Source: Paecilomyces variotii
Lineage: Eukaryota
Direction: 5' to 3' (one strand)
NCBI GenBank assembly: GCA_004022145.1
Contig: RCNU01000006.1
Length of the DNA stretch: 64,000 nt
Of the stretch, positions 12,627-25,387 are shown piece by piece. Position numbers and translations under genes: made by a program. Position 1 is the stretch's first letter. Every line of letters starts with the position of its first letter. A model generated the notes under the pieces. The model was not told the origin of the DNA and did no database searches. It saw only the letters and a program-made list of their open reading frames with translations.

Positions 12627-13813
12627 TTATTGCTTGACCTTCTCCGTCAGCTCGGGGACCTTCTCGAAGAGGTCGCCCACGAGTCCGACATCGGCCACCT
12701 GGAAGATGGGAGCGTCTGCGTCCTTGTTGATGGCCGCGATCACCTTGCTGTCCTTCATACCAGCAAGGTGCTGGATAGCACCGGAGATGCCCACAGCCAG
12801 ATACAGCTGGGGAGCGACGTTCTTTCCGGTCTGACCAACCTGCAGACTGTTGTCTGCGAAACCGCTGTCGACAGCCGCACGGGACGCACCAATAGCGGCA
12901 CCCAGAGCATCAGCGAGCGGAGGAATGATGCGGTCGAATTCCTCCTTCGACTTCAAACCACGTCCACCAGAGACGACACGAGAGGCGGTTCCCAGGTCAG
13001 GACGTTCGGACTTGGCGAGTTCTTCAGATACCCATTCGGTAGCAGAAGGCGCGTTGGGGTCGACTCCGTCGACGATCTCAGCAGAACCACCCTCAGTCTC
13101 AGCGCCCTGGAACGAGGTTCCTCGCACAGTAACAACCTTGACGGGGTCTTCGGACTGGACAGTCAGGATAGCATTTCCGGCGTAAATGGGGCGAACGAAA
13201 GCTGTTACCCACCGGTCAGCACGAGTTTGTTTGAACCATGGCATGCGATCCAATCCACTTACTGTCCTCGCTCTCAATGGCAGTGACGTCCGAAAGCTGC
13301 TGCACATCCAAAAGCGCCGCCACGCGAGGCAGAATGTTCTTTCCGAAGGCAGAGTGTCCAGCAATCACATGAGTGTATCCGCCGGCCTTGATGTTCTCGA
13401 CGAGGAGGGGGGCATAGTTCTCAGGTAGACCCTATAGATAATCCGTATTGATTAGCTCAATTCAGAGCCATATTCCTATCACTCAACTCTTGCAGAATTT
13501 CCCGTACCTTCTCGTAAGCGGCATTCTCGACCGCAATAACCTTCTCCAGACCCTTGACCTTGGCAGCTTCGGCAGCTGCAGAGCCCTTGATGGCGTTGCC
13601 CGCAACGAATCCGGTCACTGAACCACCCAGCTTCTGTGCTGCAGCAATGGCAGCCAGCGAAGAGGGCTGGAGCTTTCCCTCCCGCTGCTCCAGCACAGCG
13701 AGAGTCGAAAGAAGCCGCTGGAGAGCGGACAGCTGTGACTGGCTCAGTGCCCGCGATGGGTAGAGCTGTGACCGAGCGGCCCTCAGCACGGACTGTCTGG
13801 CAATTGGAAACAT
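12627..13813 (-). CDS. ETFA: Electron transfer flavoprotein alpha subunit, mitochondrial. Exons 13813-13508, 13431-13263, 13201-12627
   Basis: Arg-rich presequence, [31 protein letters not shown] and [35 protein letters not shown]-binding signature. Confidence 0.96.
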
Positions 13814-13974
13814 GACGGCTTTATAGAACCGGTTCAGAGATTATGGATCTTCTCTCTCGGCGGATCGCCAGCAAACCTCGCTGCGTTTGATGCTGGGGTT
13901 CGTGGTTTCGGGGGAGCTACTGAGAGGGACTCAGGGCGGTGGTTATCGTTTGACGTGCCAAGACGTCTTCGATC

Positions 13975-13980
13975 CCGAGG
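13975..13980 (-). promoter_or_regulatory. Candidate FarA/FarB fatty-acid-response element (CCTCGG) in the ETF-alpha promoter
   Basis: ccgagg on + is CCTCGG on -, about 160 nt upstream of the ETF ATG. CCTCGG is the established Aspergillus FarA/FarB core. A single hexamer, so weak. Confidence 0.4.
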
Positions 13981-14261
13981 TCGGACTTCGGTTAAGCTTG
14001 GAGGGACAGGAAAGCCAGCGGATATTCTCGCGGTCTACTTAGCGTCACTACAGGAGAACTGTATACAGGCTTTTAATTTTGCTGCAGGAGCTAGAGATTA
14101 TGGGGAGTCTAATACAGCAGGGTAACTTTTATTCGAAAGGGGTATCGAAGACACTCCCTGTGCCCCAATTGGAAACTTGATACACGTGAGATTCAGACGC
14201 CGCCTAATTGTACCCATATATGCAAGCACGAACAAACCAGGAAAACACCACTGCGCGAGGA

Positions 14262-15551
14262 TCACGACAGAGACTTCCGCTTCTTCTTGCCGGAGCTGGA
14301 TGCGCTTTGCGCAGCAGCAGCAAGCGTCTCGATGGCAGCGTCGCCGCCATCCTGCAGAGCCTTAGCCTTTTGTTGCTGGAGCTTCTGCTTCCTCGCCGCA
14401 AGCGCCGCGGCATCATCCTCGTCGTCTGCGGTCTTGGATTTCTTCTTCTTTTTGTTCTCCTCCAGCAGCTTGGGCTCTTCAGCGCTCGACTTTCTCTTCT
14501 TGTCATTTGCACCCTCGATAGCCTTGGTCTCTGCAGCATCCTCCAGCACATCGGTTTCCTCAACCCACAGCTCACTGGCCAGCCAGATGGGCATCGCAAT
14601 GGTGTTGGGGCCCTTGATATGGATCGCCTTGATGTTCCTCCAGCCCTTCGTAATAAACTTTTCAGTCAAGCCCTTCACCACAGCCTCGATGTTCTCCTGT
14701 AGCTGCTGCGGGGTGAAGTTAGAGACACCGACACGGATAGCCGTGGTCGCGGACGGAGCTAGATGGACAGGTGCAGAGTTCAAGGCCTTCTCGATCTCTT
14801 TGGCGACGATCAGCGGCGATGCAACCGATGCGTCTTTCTCGTCGTTTGCAGACTTCTTCTTCGGGTCCTTCTTCACTCTTTTGCCGTCGACCTTCTCGAT
14901 CCCAGCAATGCGCACAGGGATCGGACGCTTGCTAGACTTGTAGAATATCTTTCCGAGTGTCGGAACCAATCGCATGATGATTCGGTCATCGGCCAAGAAG
15001 ACATCATGCTCGGCGAGAAGCTGCCGTCTGCTCTCGAAACTCTGGTATCTGGCCTTCAGCTTGGAGAAACCAATGACCCTGTTGATGCGGGAAGAAAGAG
15101 ACGAAGGGAATGCGGGGTCGGCGATAACGTCCTTGAATGCACGCTGAGGATCCGCCGTGATCAAGCAGATACTCAGAGACGAAGCAGCATTGAGCGAATG
15201 CGGGATGGTGATCTTGCCAGGCTTCAAGCGGTTCTTGTCCACGACATGCTTCTTCGTGGTGAGAACCATCCAGACGGGTTCATTGTTGATAGGAACGTCC
15301 TCATCAGATGCATCGTCATTATCTCCAATCAGCGTCTTCTTCGTCGACGTCTCCTCCTTCTGTTTCTGTTGGGTTTTTAGGTGTCGCAGAAGTGCGGTAG
15401 AAGCTCTGAGGACCTGATGCGCATGGATTAGCTGGCCGTTCCTTTCTGATATTTTTTTTTTCATGAAGCTAGATAAGCATACCTGGCCATTTTCGAGCTG
15501 GTATGGCGACCCAGTGGTCACCTTGGTGGTGAGAGCCTTTTCAGAGACCAT
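14262..15551 (-). CDS. Ribosomal L1 domain-containing ribosome biogenesis protein (Cic1/Utp30/RSL1D1-like). Exons 15551-15483, 15413-14262
   Basis: L1-domain motifs ICLITADPQ, HDVFLADDRI, LGKIFYKSSKRPIPV and WRNIKAIHIKG...AMPIW; Lys-rich C-terminal tail. 69-nt intron GTATGC...GCTAAT...CAG. Confidence 0.88.
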   Translation of the reverse strand: MVSEKALTTKVTTGSPYQLENGQVCLSSFMKKKISERNGQLIHAHQVLRASTALLRHLKTQQKQKEETSTKKTLIGDNDDASDEDVPINNEPVWMVLTTKKHVVDKNRLKPGKITIPHSLNAASSLSICLITADPQRAFKDVIADPAFPSSLSSRINRVIGFSKLKARYQSFESRRQLLAEHDVFLADDRIIMRLVPTLGKIFYKSSKRPIPVRIAGIEKVDGKRVKKDPKKKSANDEKDASVASPLIVAKEIEKALNSAPVHLAPSATTAIRVGVSNFTPQQLQENIEAVVKGLTEKFITKGWRNIKAIHIKGPNTIAMPIWLASELWVEETDVLEDAAETKAIEGANDKKRKSSAEEPKLLEENKKKKKSKTADDEDDAAALAARKQKLQQQKAKALQDGGDAAIETLAAAAQSASSSGKKKRKSLS

Positions 15552-17960
15552 GATTGCTGTTTGGCGCTGCAGAAACGAGCGCTGTCTCTATCGATTTTGC
15601 GATCTCCGAAATTCAAAAAAATTCGCGGAAGGAGATTGTCCGGCTCTTGGCGTGATCCGTTATCTGCGCTTAGTCATCTGGTATAGCCATATCTACAGAT
15701 CACGTGATATATAGATACCAAGTACTATGTGGAGGATTATCGCAGATGCCAGTCAGAAAAAAAGGAATAGAAGACGTCGGTCCGATATAAATCTATATAA
15801 TTTCAGAACCTGTGATCGGAACTGCTCATGAATGTGCAGTACACACAACTCTAATCATTCTGTTAGTGATTAGTTGTAGTTACTGTATGTTAGATAACTT
15901 CTAGCTACCTAATCTATTTCTATCATCAGATATCTGGGATTTTAGTCGAAATAACTAGTCTACAAGAAATCTTTGTTTCGCCACTGATCTACGTCAAGCC
16001 TCTCCCCTAATCACCAAGACTCTCCTCGGTATTACGATTGAATCTTCCTATCCAGTAAGTAGGATCTCCGACGAGGGATGCTATTAATAGTGATACGCAA
16101 CGTTTGACGGTAATATTAATCGCGACTAGTGTCTCTATTCGAACACGCTCGTGTTGAGGAAGGTCTGGAGGGATATCAATGTTAAGAAAATAAAGCAGGT
16201 TTAACGGTCGTATCTTGTAAGGGGGAAAGATGGGGAGGGTGTTAGTTATATTTGAGTTGTCTTTTTAGAAGAAAGTTTCCTCATCAAGGGGAAAGAGGCT
16301 GAGGTACAGGAGAATATAAAGCCCAGGAATAATTATTCTGAACGGAAAAAGTAATTTTATGTGATATATAGATAGTAGAAGCAGTATGTGATGTCACAAG
16401 AAAAGAAAAAAAAAGAAAGAAAGAATCATAAAACAGAATATTGCTATAACGAATCAGTTTCTCTCTTTTGTTCCTAAGTAGAATAATAATAGCAGGTACC
16501 TAGATTAATACATACTCGTCCTTCCTTCCTTCCTTCGTCAACGCAGTAAACTAAAACACGTAAAGCAGGTACCATGTGTAGCTTAAACAGCAAAGCACGC
16601 AACTATGCCAATTCCCACGGATTCTAGACTATCTACCCACTCACACACATTCTATTTCCAGGATTCGAGTGCACGTCTGGAATGCTTGGGCTTCTACCAT
16701 TCATAGTTATGGCCCGAACAACAATGATGGCGTCATAACCCATTCTTTCTAATCTAACCAAGTATGTACACACATACATGGATGGCTCTAGAATCTTTGT
16801 GCAGATTGTGGGGTTGGTATAGATATGGTATGATTGGAATTTAGAATGGAATATGGTAGAATATGGTATAGTACTCTCTAGGGTGAATGAAGTAGGACAT
16901 GCTATTCTAGGTTGTGGCGGTGTTTACTCTATTGTTGTTGTTGTTGTTGTGGATGGTGGCGAATGCGGATACTACTACCATAGTTGGTGTATTATTGTTT
17001 TGGTTGCGCATTCCATCATGTTCGTCCCGAGGGATGTATGTACCATAGTCTTGGAAAAGGAGATATATTTACTCTGCAATTATGGTAGATTATTCTACGA
17101 GATCCAAGTGATATTTCACGCGTTGTACATCATTATGATTTCATATTCTCGGGGAATGGAGAAAAGGATGAGTTAACTATAGTATGTTTCTGTTGCAAGG
17201 ATAGTTGTTATTGTTTTGTTGTTGTCGGCGAATCCACGTGTAGCTATATCTCGCCTATCAATAAATACCTTAACGAAGAAGAGAACTATGGTACTTTGTA
17301 ACTATGCACCCGTTCGTTCATCGAGTCTCCTTTTACACCCTTTTCCCACTGACCGTCACAGATAGGGGTCGTGGATGAGCCCCACGTTGGCGATAGACGG
17401 CCCAGCGGCCAAAGTTAAATGCGAACGGTACTTGGCGCCGCGTGGAGTCTGGTAGAAGTCATCTCGTCTAGAGCATTCATATTATTTATTCATATTACTC
17501 TTGACCAGAGTAATAACTTACTGGAACAGAAAAGACGGACCAGAAGAACAACGTTCACGGTTGCCCTATGGGGAAGCGAGGGCCTGATATCAGACCGTGG
17601 AGAGGCCCACCGACAGTTTGATGAAGATCGGACCTACAGTAGTAGTATGTAATGATAATACTGGCACAGTGGAACGGGACCTGGGGTGGTGTTGATCTGT
17701 TCACATCGGTTCCCGTGCAGATCCGTCTGTGATCTTCCCTTGCTTCTTGCGATCTCTGCATTATTGTCTGTAGAGTATCATGTCAAGTCTCCTATCCTAT
17801 GTATTCAGATGAGATGCAAATGCGATCGACCAGCAAGCCGCATCTGAAGACAGATGATTTTTTTTTTCTCTGAACCAGTGAGTCGGGATGTCTGATAGAT
17901 ACTACTGGTAAAGGCACTGGCATGCCCCAGGGCTGGACCGTGGTGGACTCTCTTTGCCGT

Positions 17961-17988
17961 CTGCCAAGTTGCTCGTCCTACTTGGCAG
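17961..17988. promoter_or_regulatory. 9-bp inverted repeat CTGCCAAGT-N10-ACTTGGCAG holding two inverted PacC-type GCCAAG sites
   Basis: Read directly, in the long upstream region of the SUN gene. GCCARG is the established PacC consensus. Confidence 0.45.
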
Positions 17989-18328
17989 GAGACTCAGCCT
18001 CCTTTTCCAGCTGGGACCATCACTGGGGGTAATAATTCCGGAGTAATACGACGACAATGATGATTAAATAGTGAGGGATGAGTCCTTCTGACAGAGTATC
18101 TGATCCAGAATTCTAATCATGAAGAGGTCCCTGCAGAGCACTCGCTTCTCGAAGGTTGAACAGGCCGTTGATCTGGAGAGCTGTTAAGTTAGTTGGTTAA
18201 ATAATTCTCGCCAGAATCCGCATCTAATTTTAAAACAACCAGCGATCGGCCGTGTTGGACTTGCTGATTGGTGAGCCAAGCCGCTAATAACTAGTCAACT
18301 GCCAGGAACAGGAAAACACCAAACAAGT

Positions 18329-18332
<4 letters not shown>

Positions 18333-18365
<33 letters not shown>
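18333..18365. repeat. (AG)16 microsatellite
   Basis: Uninterrupted AG run read directly. Confidence 0.95.
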
Positions 18366-18368
<3 letters not shown>

Positions 18369-19003
18369 ATAAGAATAATATCAAGAAGGATACGGTACTG
18401 TGGTACTATTATTATTATGGTACAGACACACCAACACTAGTTAGATCACCCTCTGTGCCGTGCCAATGCTCCGCCAATACCTCTAGTCAATTAATCCTTC
18501 TTAGTATGGTGGTTAACTGGTTAAGAATAGTTAAGAATTATTACTAGTTGATAATAATAATACCACAGTAATTGTATTATTATCCCCCTGGCCAACTGGA
18601 CGATCAGACCCCAAGAGAGACCCAGCCAGACCAGACCAGGCCAGACCCTTTTCACTCCAATTCATCCATCCGGTCTTCCCCCTCGCCCAACGGCCTCTAC
18701 TCTACTCTACTTCTTTTCCCTTCCCGTCTGCTCTCTTCTCCTCTTCTCCTCCTCCTCTTCCTCCTCTTTCTCTTCCCCCAGGCCCTCACTCCCCGTTGCC
18801 CTCCATCGAGTGTTCCTTCCAACTGAGAGACCCCGTCTCTCTACCACGTTCTTTTGGGAACCTCCTGCGCTCTCTTAGGTCTCTCGTTTCGTACGATTCG
18901 TCCCTCGGCCGCTATCCAATCGAGATCACGCTCTGCATCTCTTTCGCTTCCTGTACAAATCACTTGGTCAACTGAGCTCAGCTGCTGCTGTTTGGAGATC
19001 GAT

Positions 19004-19281
19004 GTAGGTGCTTTCGACTTTCCCTTATGTTCTAGAGTATGCGACAACTGTTATATGCATGCGTGCGGCGTTGCAAGATCGCAAGAGGTGGATCAGAGGG
19101 GAAGGGTTAATCGTGCACGGAGAACCCATCAGTCCTGTACACAGTCGAAGACGATAACTAGCCCTATTCCTGATCATTGGCAATGCAATTGCATGCGCAG
19201 ACGGGTTCACAACGAAGTGCTATTATGCAATTGATACCATACTTGGACAGCTCTGATGATCAATGGCTAATAATCCCCCAG
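19004..19281 (+). other. Probable 5'-UTR intron of the SUN gene (278 nt)
   Basis: GTAGGT donor after a CT-rich leader (about 18690-18960), GCTAAT branch at 19266 and CCCCAG acceptor at 19281, 62 nt before the ATG. Confidence 0.5.
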
Positions 19282-19342
19282 ATCTCCTATTTTTACAACC
19301 CGTTCCGCGCCCTTCCTGAGCACTCAATATTATTATATAACC

Positions 19343-20771
19343 ATGAAGTTCACCGACATTGCCGTCACCCTGGCCACCGCGGGCTCGCTCGTGAGTGCCC
19401 AGCACCACCACCACAACCACCGTCATGTCCACGCCAAGCGTGCCCCTGGACCGGCTGGCGACGTCGTCTACGTATACGAGTTCAACGGCGTCCCCATCGA
19501 CACCCAGAAAGTCTGCGAGGGTATCGCCGCCGGTACTCTGAAGTGGGCTGACGGCCAGGCTCCCGAGGGTGTTTGCAACACTGCTGCCAGCTCCACCGCC
19601 GCTCCCACTCCCTCCGTGGCCCCGGCCGAGTTCTTCGAGCTCAGCTCGTCTTCCAGCAGCTCCAGCTCGAGCCCGACTCCTACCTCGACCTCGACCTCCT
19701 CGTCCAGCTCGGTCTACACGCCTCCGCCGACCTCGTCCAGCACCCCGGTCTCCTCCCAGACCCCAACCCCGACTCCCAGCTCCAGCTCCTCCGGCGCCAA
19801 GGGTCTCGACGTTGACTTCCCCGATGGAGAGATCGACTGCAGCGAATTCCCGTCCGACTACGGTGCGGTTCCCCTCGACTACCTGGGACTGGGCGGTTGG
19901 TCCGGTATCCAGTACGTCAGCATCGTTGGCGAGCTGGTCAGCGACATCATCACCGCCGTCACTGGTGATCACTGCACGGAGGGCTCCATGTGCTCCTACG
20001 CGTGCCCGGCTGGCTACCAGAAGTCCCAGTGGCCCAGCACCCAGGGTTCCACCGGCCAGTCCGTTGGTGGTCTCCAGTGCAAGAACGGCAAGCTGCGTCT
20101 CACCAACCCCTCTCTGTCTAAGAAGATTTGTATCCCCGGTGAAGGCGATATCCAGGTCCAGAACACTCTCGGCGACCAGATCGCCATCTGCCGTACTGAC
20201 TACCCTGGTAAGTCTTGAACCTGAGCCGTTTATACATATATAGTATATTATTTGGCAATGAATTTCTGACCTGTCTCCTCTCAGGTACTGAGTCTGAGAC
20301 CATTCCGGTCTCGGTCTTGGCCAACGAACTGCAGCCCCTGGCCTGCCCCAACGCCGAGACCTACTTCGTCTGGGAGGGTAAGAGTACCTCGGCTCAGTAC
20401 TATGTCAACCCCAAGGGTGTCAGTGCCGAGGACGGCTGCCAGTGGGGTGACGGCAGCCAGCCTATTGGCAACTGGGCTCCTATCAACATTGGTGTCGGCC
20501 AGAAGAACGGCTACTGGCTGTCTATCTTCCAGAACAAGCCCACTACCAACGCGAAGCTCGACTACAACCTCCGTATCGAGGGTGACAACCTGAGCGGTGC
20601 CTGCAAGTACGAGGACGGCCTGTTCTACGACCTCAACGGCAGCAACGAGGATGGCTGCACTGTAAGTTCACTGATGGCCCACGTCGAAATCTTTTCGAAC
20701 CGCTTGCTGATTTCTTCTTTCTCCTACAGGTCCAAGCGCTGGATGGCAAGGCTACCTTCGTGGCGTACTAG
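19343..20771 (+). CDS. sun1: Secreted SUN-family beta-1,3-glucanase (GH132). Exons 19343-20207, 20285-20661, 20730-20771
   Basis: Signal peptide, His-rich pro-region ending KR, Ser/Thr linker and SUN domain (CSEFPSDYGA, GLGGWSGIQ, CSYACPAGYQKSQWP, GGLQCKNGKL, CRTDYPGTE, SAQYYVNPKG, GNWAP). Two canonical introns. Confidence 0.94.
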
Positions 20772-22337
20772 TTCGGTTCCGGTCTTGCGTCGAGCGCAGC
20801 CAATCCATCAACCGGTTCCCGCAGGACGTACTAACGGCAGCCGGTCGTTTCTCGTCGCTGTGCAATCTACGATCTGTTCTATAGTGCACTTGGCTCGAGT
20901 TATCTGTATCTTAAGTATCTTTCTGTCTTGTTCGAGGGTCGGTTTGGTCCGACTATTCTTTTGCCATCCAACAGCTCCTTATACCGGGGATATTGAGTGG
21001 TTAAACTTCAATGTTATTACTGTCTGCAGCCGCGATTTTTATATGTTTATTCCTCGTCCTGAGTCGGCCAGGTCCAACAAAACGCTGCAAGGCAGATGAG
21101 ACAGACGAGTCATGATCGACCTGCGGTGGCCCGGTCGGCTCACGACGTTAATGTTTATTATACCCAGGGCAGTGGTAGTGCTAGGAATGCTACGATGCTT
21201 TCGTGTTTATCCTGAGACACAACCTGTAGTACAGTAACCAGAAGCCTGATTAGCCTGGTAATCTAGTATAAGGCTACGCAGCTCACTTGGTACTAAACTG
21301 GGACAATCCCAAGACCACGGTTGAACATCTGGCCGTGGCAGGTACCAAAGTAGCGTATTCTAAATTTGGATTTCCTTCTGAAACCTCACGACGCGAAATA
21401 GGTAAAGCGCACCAGCCAGTAATTGGAGATGTTTCCAATCGCAAAAGTCAAGTTCGTTTATTGAACGTCATGATGTATGGTATTCATTCAATAGCCGTCA
21501 TTCTTTTTAGCGAGTTGTCTTTATTCTCGGTAAGTACTGTACCTCACTAGACTTTTGGCGGCGGGGAGGGGGAAGGCAGTGCAGTGCAGTAAGTGGCAGA
21601 ATACCTAGTTACCTATGGAGAGTATCAGGTTCTTTTCTTTTCTTTTCTTTCTCTCACACACACACTCTTTTTCTTTTCTTTTTTTCATAGAGTATCGGTT
21701 ATCTATCTATCATATCGATAGAAGAATAAAGCCACAGCAGCACTTAGGCTTGTATTTCTACAATCGTGGTGGTGGTGTCCTGGATAAATTTTTACAGGGG
21801 CTAGTTAGTAGTTAAGAACTGCAGATTACTTACTTACTACCTATTTATCTCAGTCGGCACTCGTTGGTTGACAACTTGATAGTATATACTGTATATACTG
21901 TATATACAACTTCTAGGTGAAAGGTTGATGAATCTATCCATTCTTTTAATAATTACTATACTATACTATACTATTGCGTTTCCAGGGCTTTACTTTCAGA
22001 GATACCATGCCATTTTGAACTGGTTAGTTTCAACAAACTTTTATCGTATATAATATCGTCGATCTCACCTCGAACAGTTCCATTTATGCTATTACAGTTA
22101 AACATAACAGACATGCAGAGTGAAATAATGCAAGACAGGAAAGAGTTTTAATAATTCTGTACTGCCAAAAACGCACATAAGTTGAATGCTCCGATCGTTC
22201 CATCGTGGGGTATCTAATCAAACATGAACAACCATGAAGAGAAAGGAAAGCTCAATGCCAATCAACTCCACTGCAAAATGTCCCGCGCATCACTTGGAAA
22301 GAGAACATGATTTTGATGATCACAGGAGTATGCAAAA

Positions 22338-25160
22338 TTACCAATCCTGGCCGCGGTCCTGCATTAGGATTTCGATCGCTTCGTCTTCGGGAACTGGATG
22401 ATCGTTCAGTTCCCTGACACACTGCGTCAGGCCCTCCGCGGCTTCGTCGACCTGTTCGGCCGTCCAGCCGGTACATGCCATGACCATGCGGCGGTAGTTT
22501 TGGCCCAAAACAACGTTCTTGGACTTGAGACGCTGCACTTCATCCAAAATCTCATCATTATGTTCCTTGTAGCTTGTGATGTGCGCTTTGAGAAGCTCAA
22601 CTGAGGGCAGCGATGCAAGGAAAGCTTTTTGCTCTTCAGAGAATCCAGAAGCAGGGTCGAAATCGGCGGGAAACAGCTTGTCAAACTCGTTCGAGTCGAG
22701 CCCCGACTCCTTGTCCGCATCTCCAATAGCAATCTTTTGCGAGGGATCAAAGGCTGTGCCGTGGAGGCTCTTCAGCGTACTTTCAAGCTCCGCGGCAGAG
22801 CGCTCGAGGTTCTTGATCCGTCGATCCAGTTCGACTCGTCCGGTGGCGCGTTGTTTCAATTCATCGAGCTGCTTCTGCTCAATTTGCCTGGCTTTGGCGC
22901 TTTCGCGTATCTTAGCGTGCCAGTGGTCAAATTCTTCTTGCTTCTTGCTAAGAGTGGTAGTGACGTCCCGGTCAACTGACCCAAGTGTCTCCTCCACGAG
23001 AATTCTGATCTGGTCAATGGTTGCTATTGTCGAAGTTAGTATCTGGAAAACCCAAACAATATACGAACGTCTTACCATCAAGAATGTCCTTCTTCGTCTT
23101 AGCCAGCTGATCCGTAAAGGAATCGTTGTTCCCATTCTGCTGGGACTGCGAATTTCCGTTCACCATGTCGACACCGACCCCATAATCTGCAGGTCTCAGG
23201 CCGGTATGGTTGGGGATGTGAGGGTCTGCTCCAACTTCGAGAAGCTGCGGAACAAGGACCGACCGCGCACGACCTGCAAGATTCAGTGCCGTGTCGCCCT
23301 GGTCGTCGCGCAAGTTCACAATCTCTGAGATGAAACGACCGAGGGTGATCACTTCACTCTTCTCAGTCTTGTCCCCGCCTGCATTCACTCCAGTCCCACT
23401 AGGTCTACCGGAGGAATCTATGGCAGTCCCTCCGTACCGGACGATGAATTCTAAGAGAGCTTCAAGGTAGTGCTTTGCTGAGACATGGCCTCCGCCGCCG
23501 GTGGCTGCCATCACAGCAATATGATGGAGCACAGTCCGGCCATTGTAATCGACCATATCAATCGTCGGAGAGAGCACTTGCAATAGACGCGGGAGAGTCC
23601 GGTAGTCAAGATTATTCCTCGTCCCCACTGCTTTCTGGAGAGCTGTTTCTCCAGCGAGATTGAGCCGATAGATGCTGACTCCCTTCTCAACCAATGCATA
23701 CACCAGCGGCATGCGAGCAAGCATGGCCGCCCAGTGCAGAGCGCTGTTGCGATACTCGTCAAGAGGAATTTCCAGGTCTTCCCCGGAAAGCTGCAGGAAG
23801 GCTGGGTGGTTCGAAAAGTCTTTCGCCCGTTTATCCAGAAATAGTGTCATGATGAGCTTCATCTTCTGAAACCTCTCTGGAGTCGTCGCCGGAGCAAGTG
23901 GCTCTAGTCCACGTTTCTGCCCATCAGCGACAGAGGCCGATCCGTCCATCTGCTGGTAGAACGAGTCGCTGGGTTCCGTTGGCGTGGCGTCATGCATCGA
24001 CAGGTCGGCATTCGTGTTTCCCCCTGTGAAAGAGCCCTGGTTGGAGAATGATCTGATTTTCTTGCGAGGAGGTTCCGCCGCATCTTCTTGGCCAAGGCTC
24101 GAATTTCCATGGACACCCATGCTGCGTCCACTGTGCTGCATATTGCTCGCAAATCCGCTGTCAGAAGCGTTGCTGTACATGCTCTGCTGGCTGTTCGAGA
24201 AGACCTGGGATTCCTGGCTGCCCATTTGGTGCGATGGCTTTCTCATCATGCTCGATCGTCTACCATCCATTCCCCGTGCTGCGGGAGAGTCGAATCGAGC
24301 TTTGCTGATTGCATTGACTGCACTGGCGGCCGTGCGGGAGATATTCTGGAAAAAAGTGCCTTGCGGTGGCTGGCTCATACCTCTGTTGTCAGCGCCGCTA
24401 TAAAGCCGCTTTCTCTGAGCGGCCATTGCCTGTTCTTTTGTGGGCGTATCCAATGACCCTTGACCCGCTGAACTGACACCGTCCTGGCCCATATCGTACT
24501 CCAGCAGTGGTCTCAGCAACTCTTCGACATGGTATTCGCGACAAAGTTCCACACCCCTCTGGTAGTTTACCCAGGTACCCTGATACTTGCCGTAACCGCC
24601 CTGAACCTTTTCGTGCTCCCCGGCAGCAATTTCCTTCTCCAGCGTTTTCGTCCGTCTGGCCTTGACAACACCGGCAACCTTTAGGATCTGGGTTGCGTTT
24701 AACCAGGAATCGGCCCGTCGTTTCATGACCGCCACTCCGTTGACCTCCATTTCATACACGGACACATTCGAGTACACAGCCTGGAGCAGCAATCGCAAGT
24801 TAGTTAAGCTTTTGCCATGGTATCAATCAACGGGAAATCAAAACAGACTCTGTAGATCTGAGGCTGATATTCCTCTTGATATGGGGCCATGGCCCCATAT
24901 GTGTTCGTATCATCGTATCCGCCAAAGCTTCCTCTCGACCTTGAGTTGTGTCCCATCCCGTTGGTGAAACTGAAGGACATATTGGACTGCTGTGACCCCC
25001 TTGGAGGAGTCGCCCCCGGTGTCGACGCTACCGACTGGGACGCATTGAACGATCCCATACGAGATTGCGACATGGCCATCCCATGAGCCGATCCGATACT
25101 GCCCTGCGAGTACGACATGGGCAAGCTCGGACGCGATGCGTGGTGGCTATTGGAAGCCAT
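22338..25160 (-). CDS. swi6: APSES/KilA-N plus ankyrin MBF/SBF subunit, Swi6/Cdc10-type. Exons 25160-24849, 24780-23076, 23023-22338
   Basis: AVYSNVSVYEMEVNGVAVMKRR..WLNATQILKVAG..HEKVQGGYGKYQGTW, ankyrin repeats (SALHWAA, GETALQKAV, GRTVLHHIA, GDTALNLA) and a C-terminal coiled coil. Swi6-type rather than Mbp1-type is judged from the AVYSNV/NATQILK variant. Confidence 0.88.
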
Positions 25161-25387
25161 GTGGCTGGTTTACCTCTGCGAAGTGGCTCTTGGTGCGTCC
25201 AGCTGCAGGATTCATGCGCGACCTGTAGATTGTCAGACGTACAGGATCGCCCCAGACATAGCCCAACACGTAGTAGTAGATCTCAAAGGACAACGGTCGC
25301 TGTTGCAGCAGTGGATGGGGTCGGAGAATGCGCCTACACTCAGAGAGCAATAATGTGCCGGAAGAAGCGCGCCGGGAAGCGGGAAAG

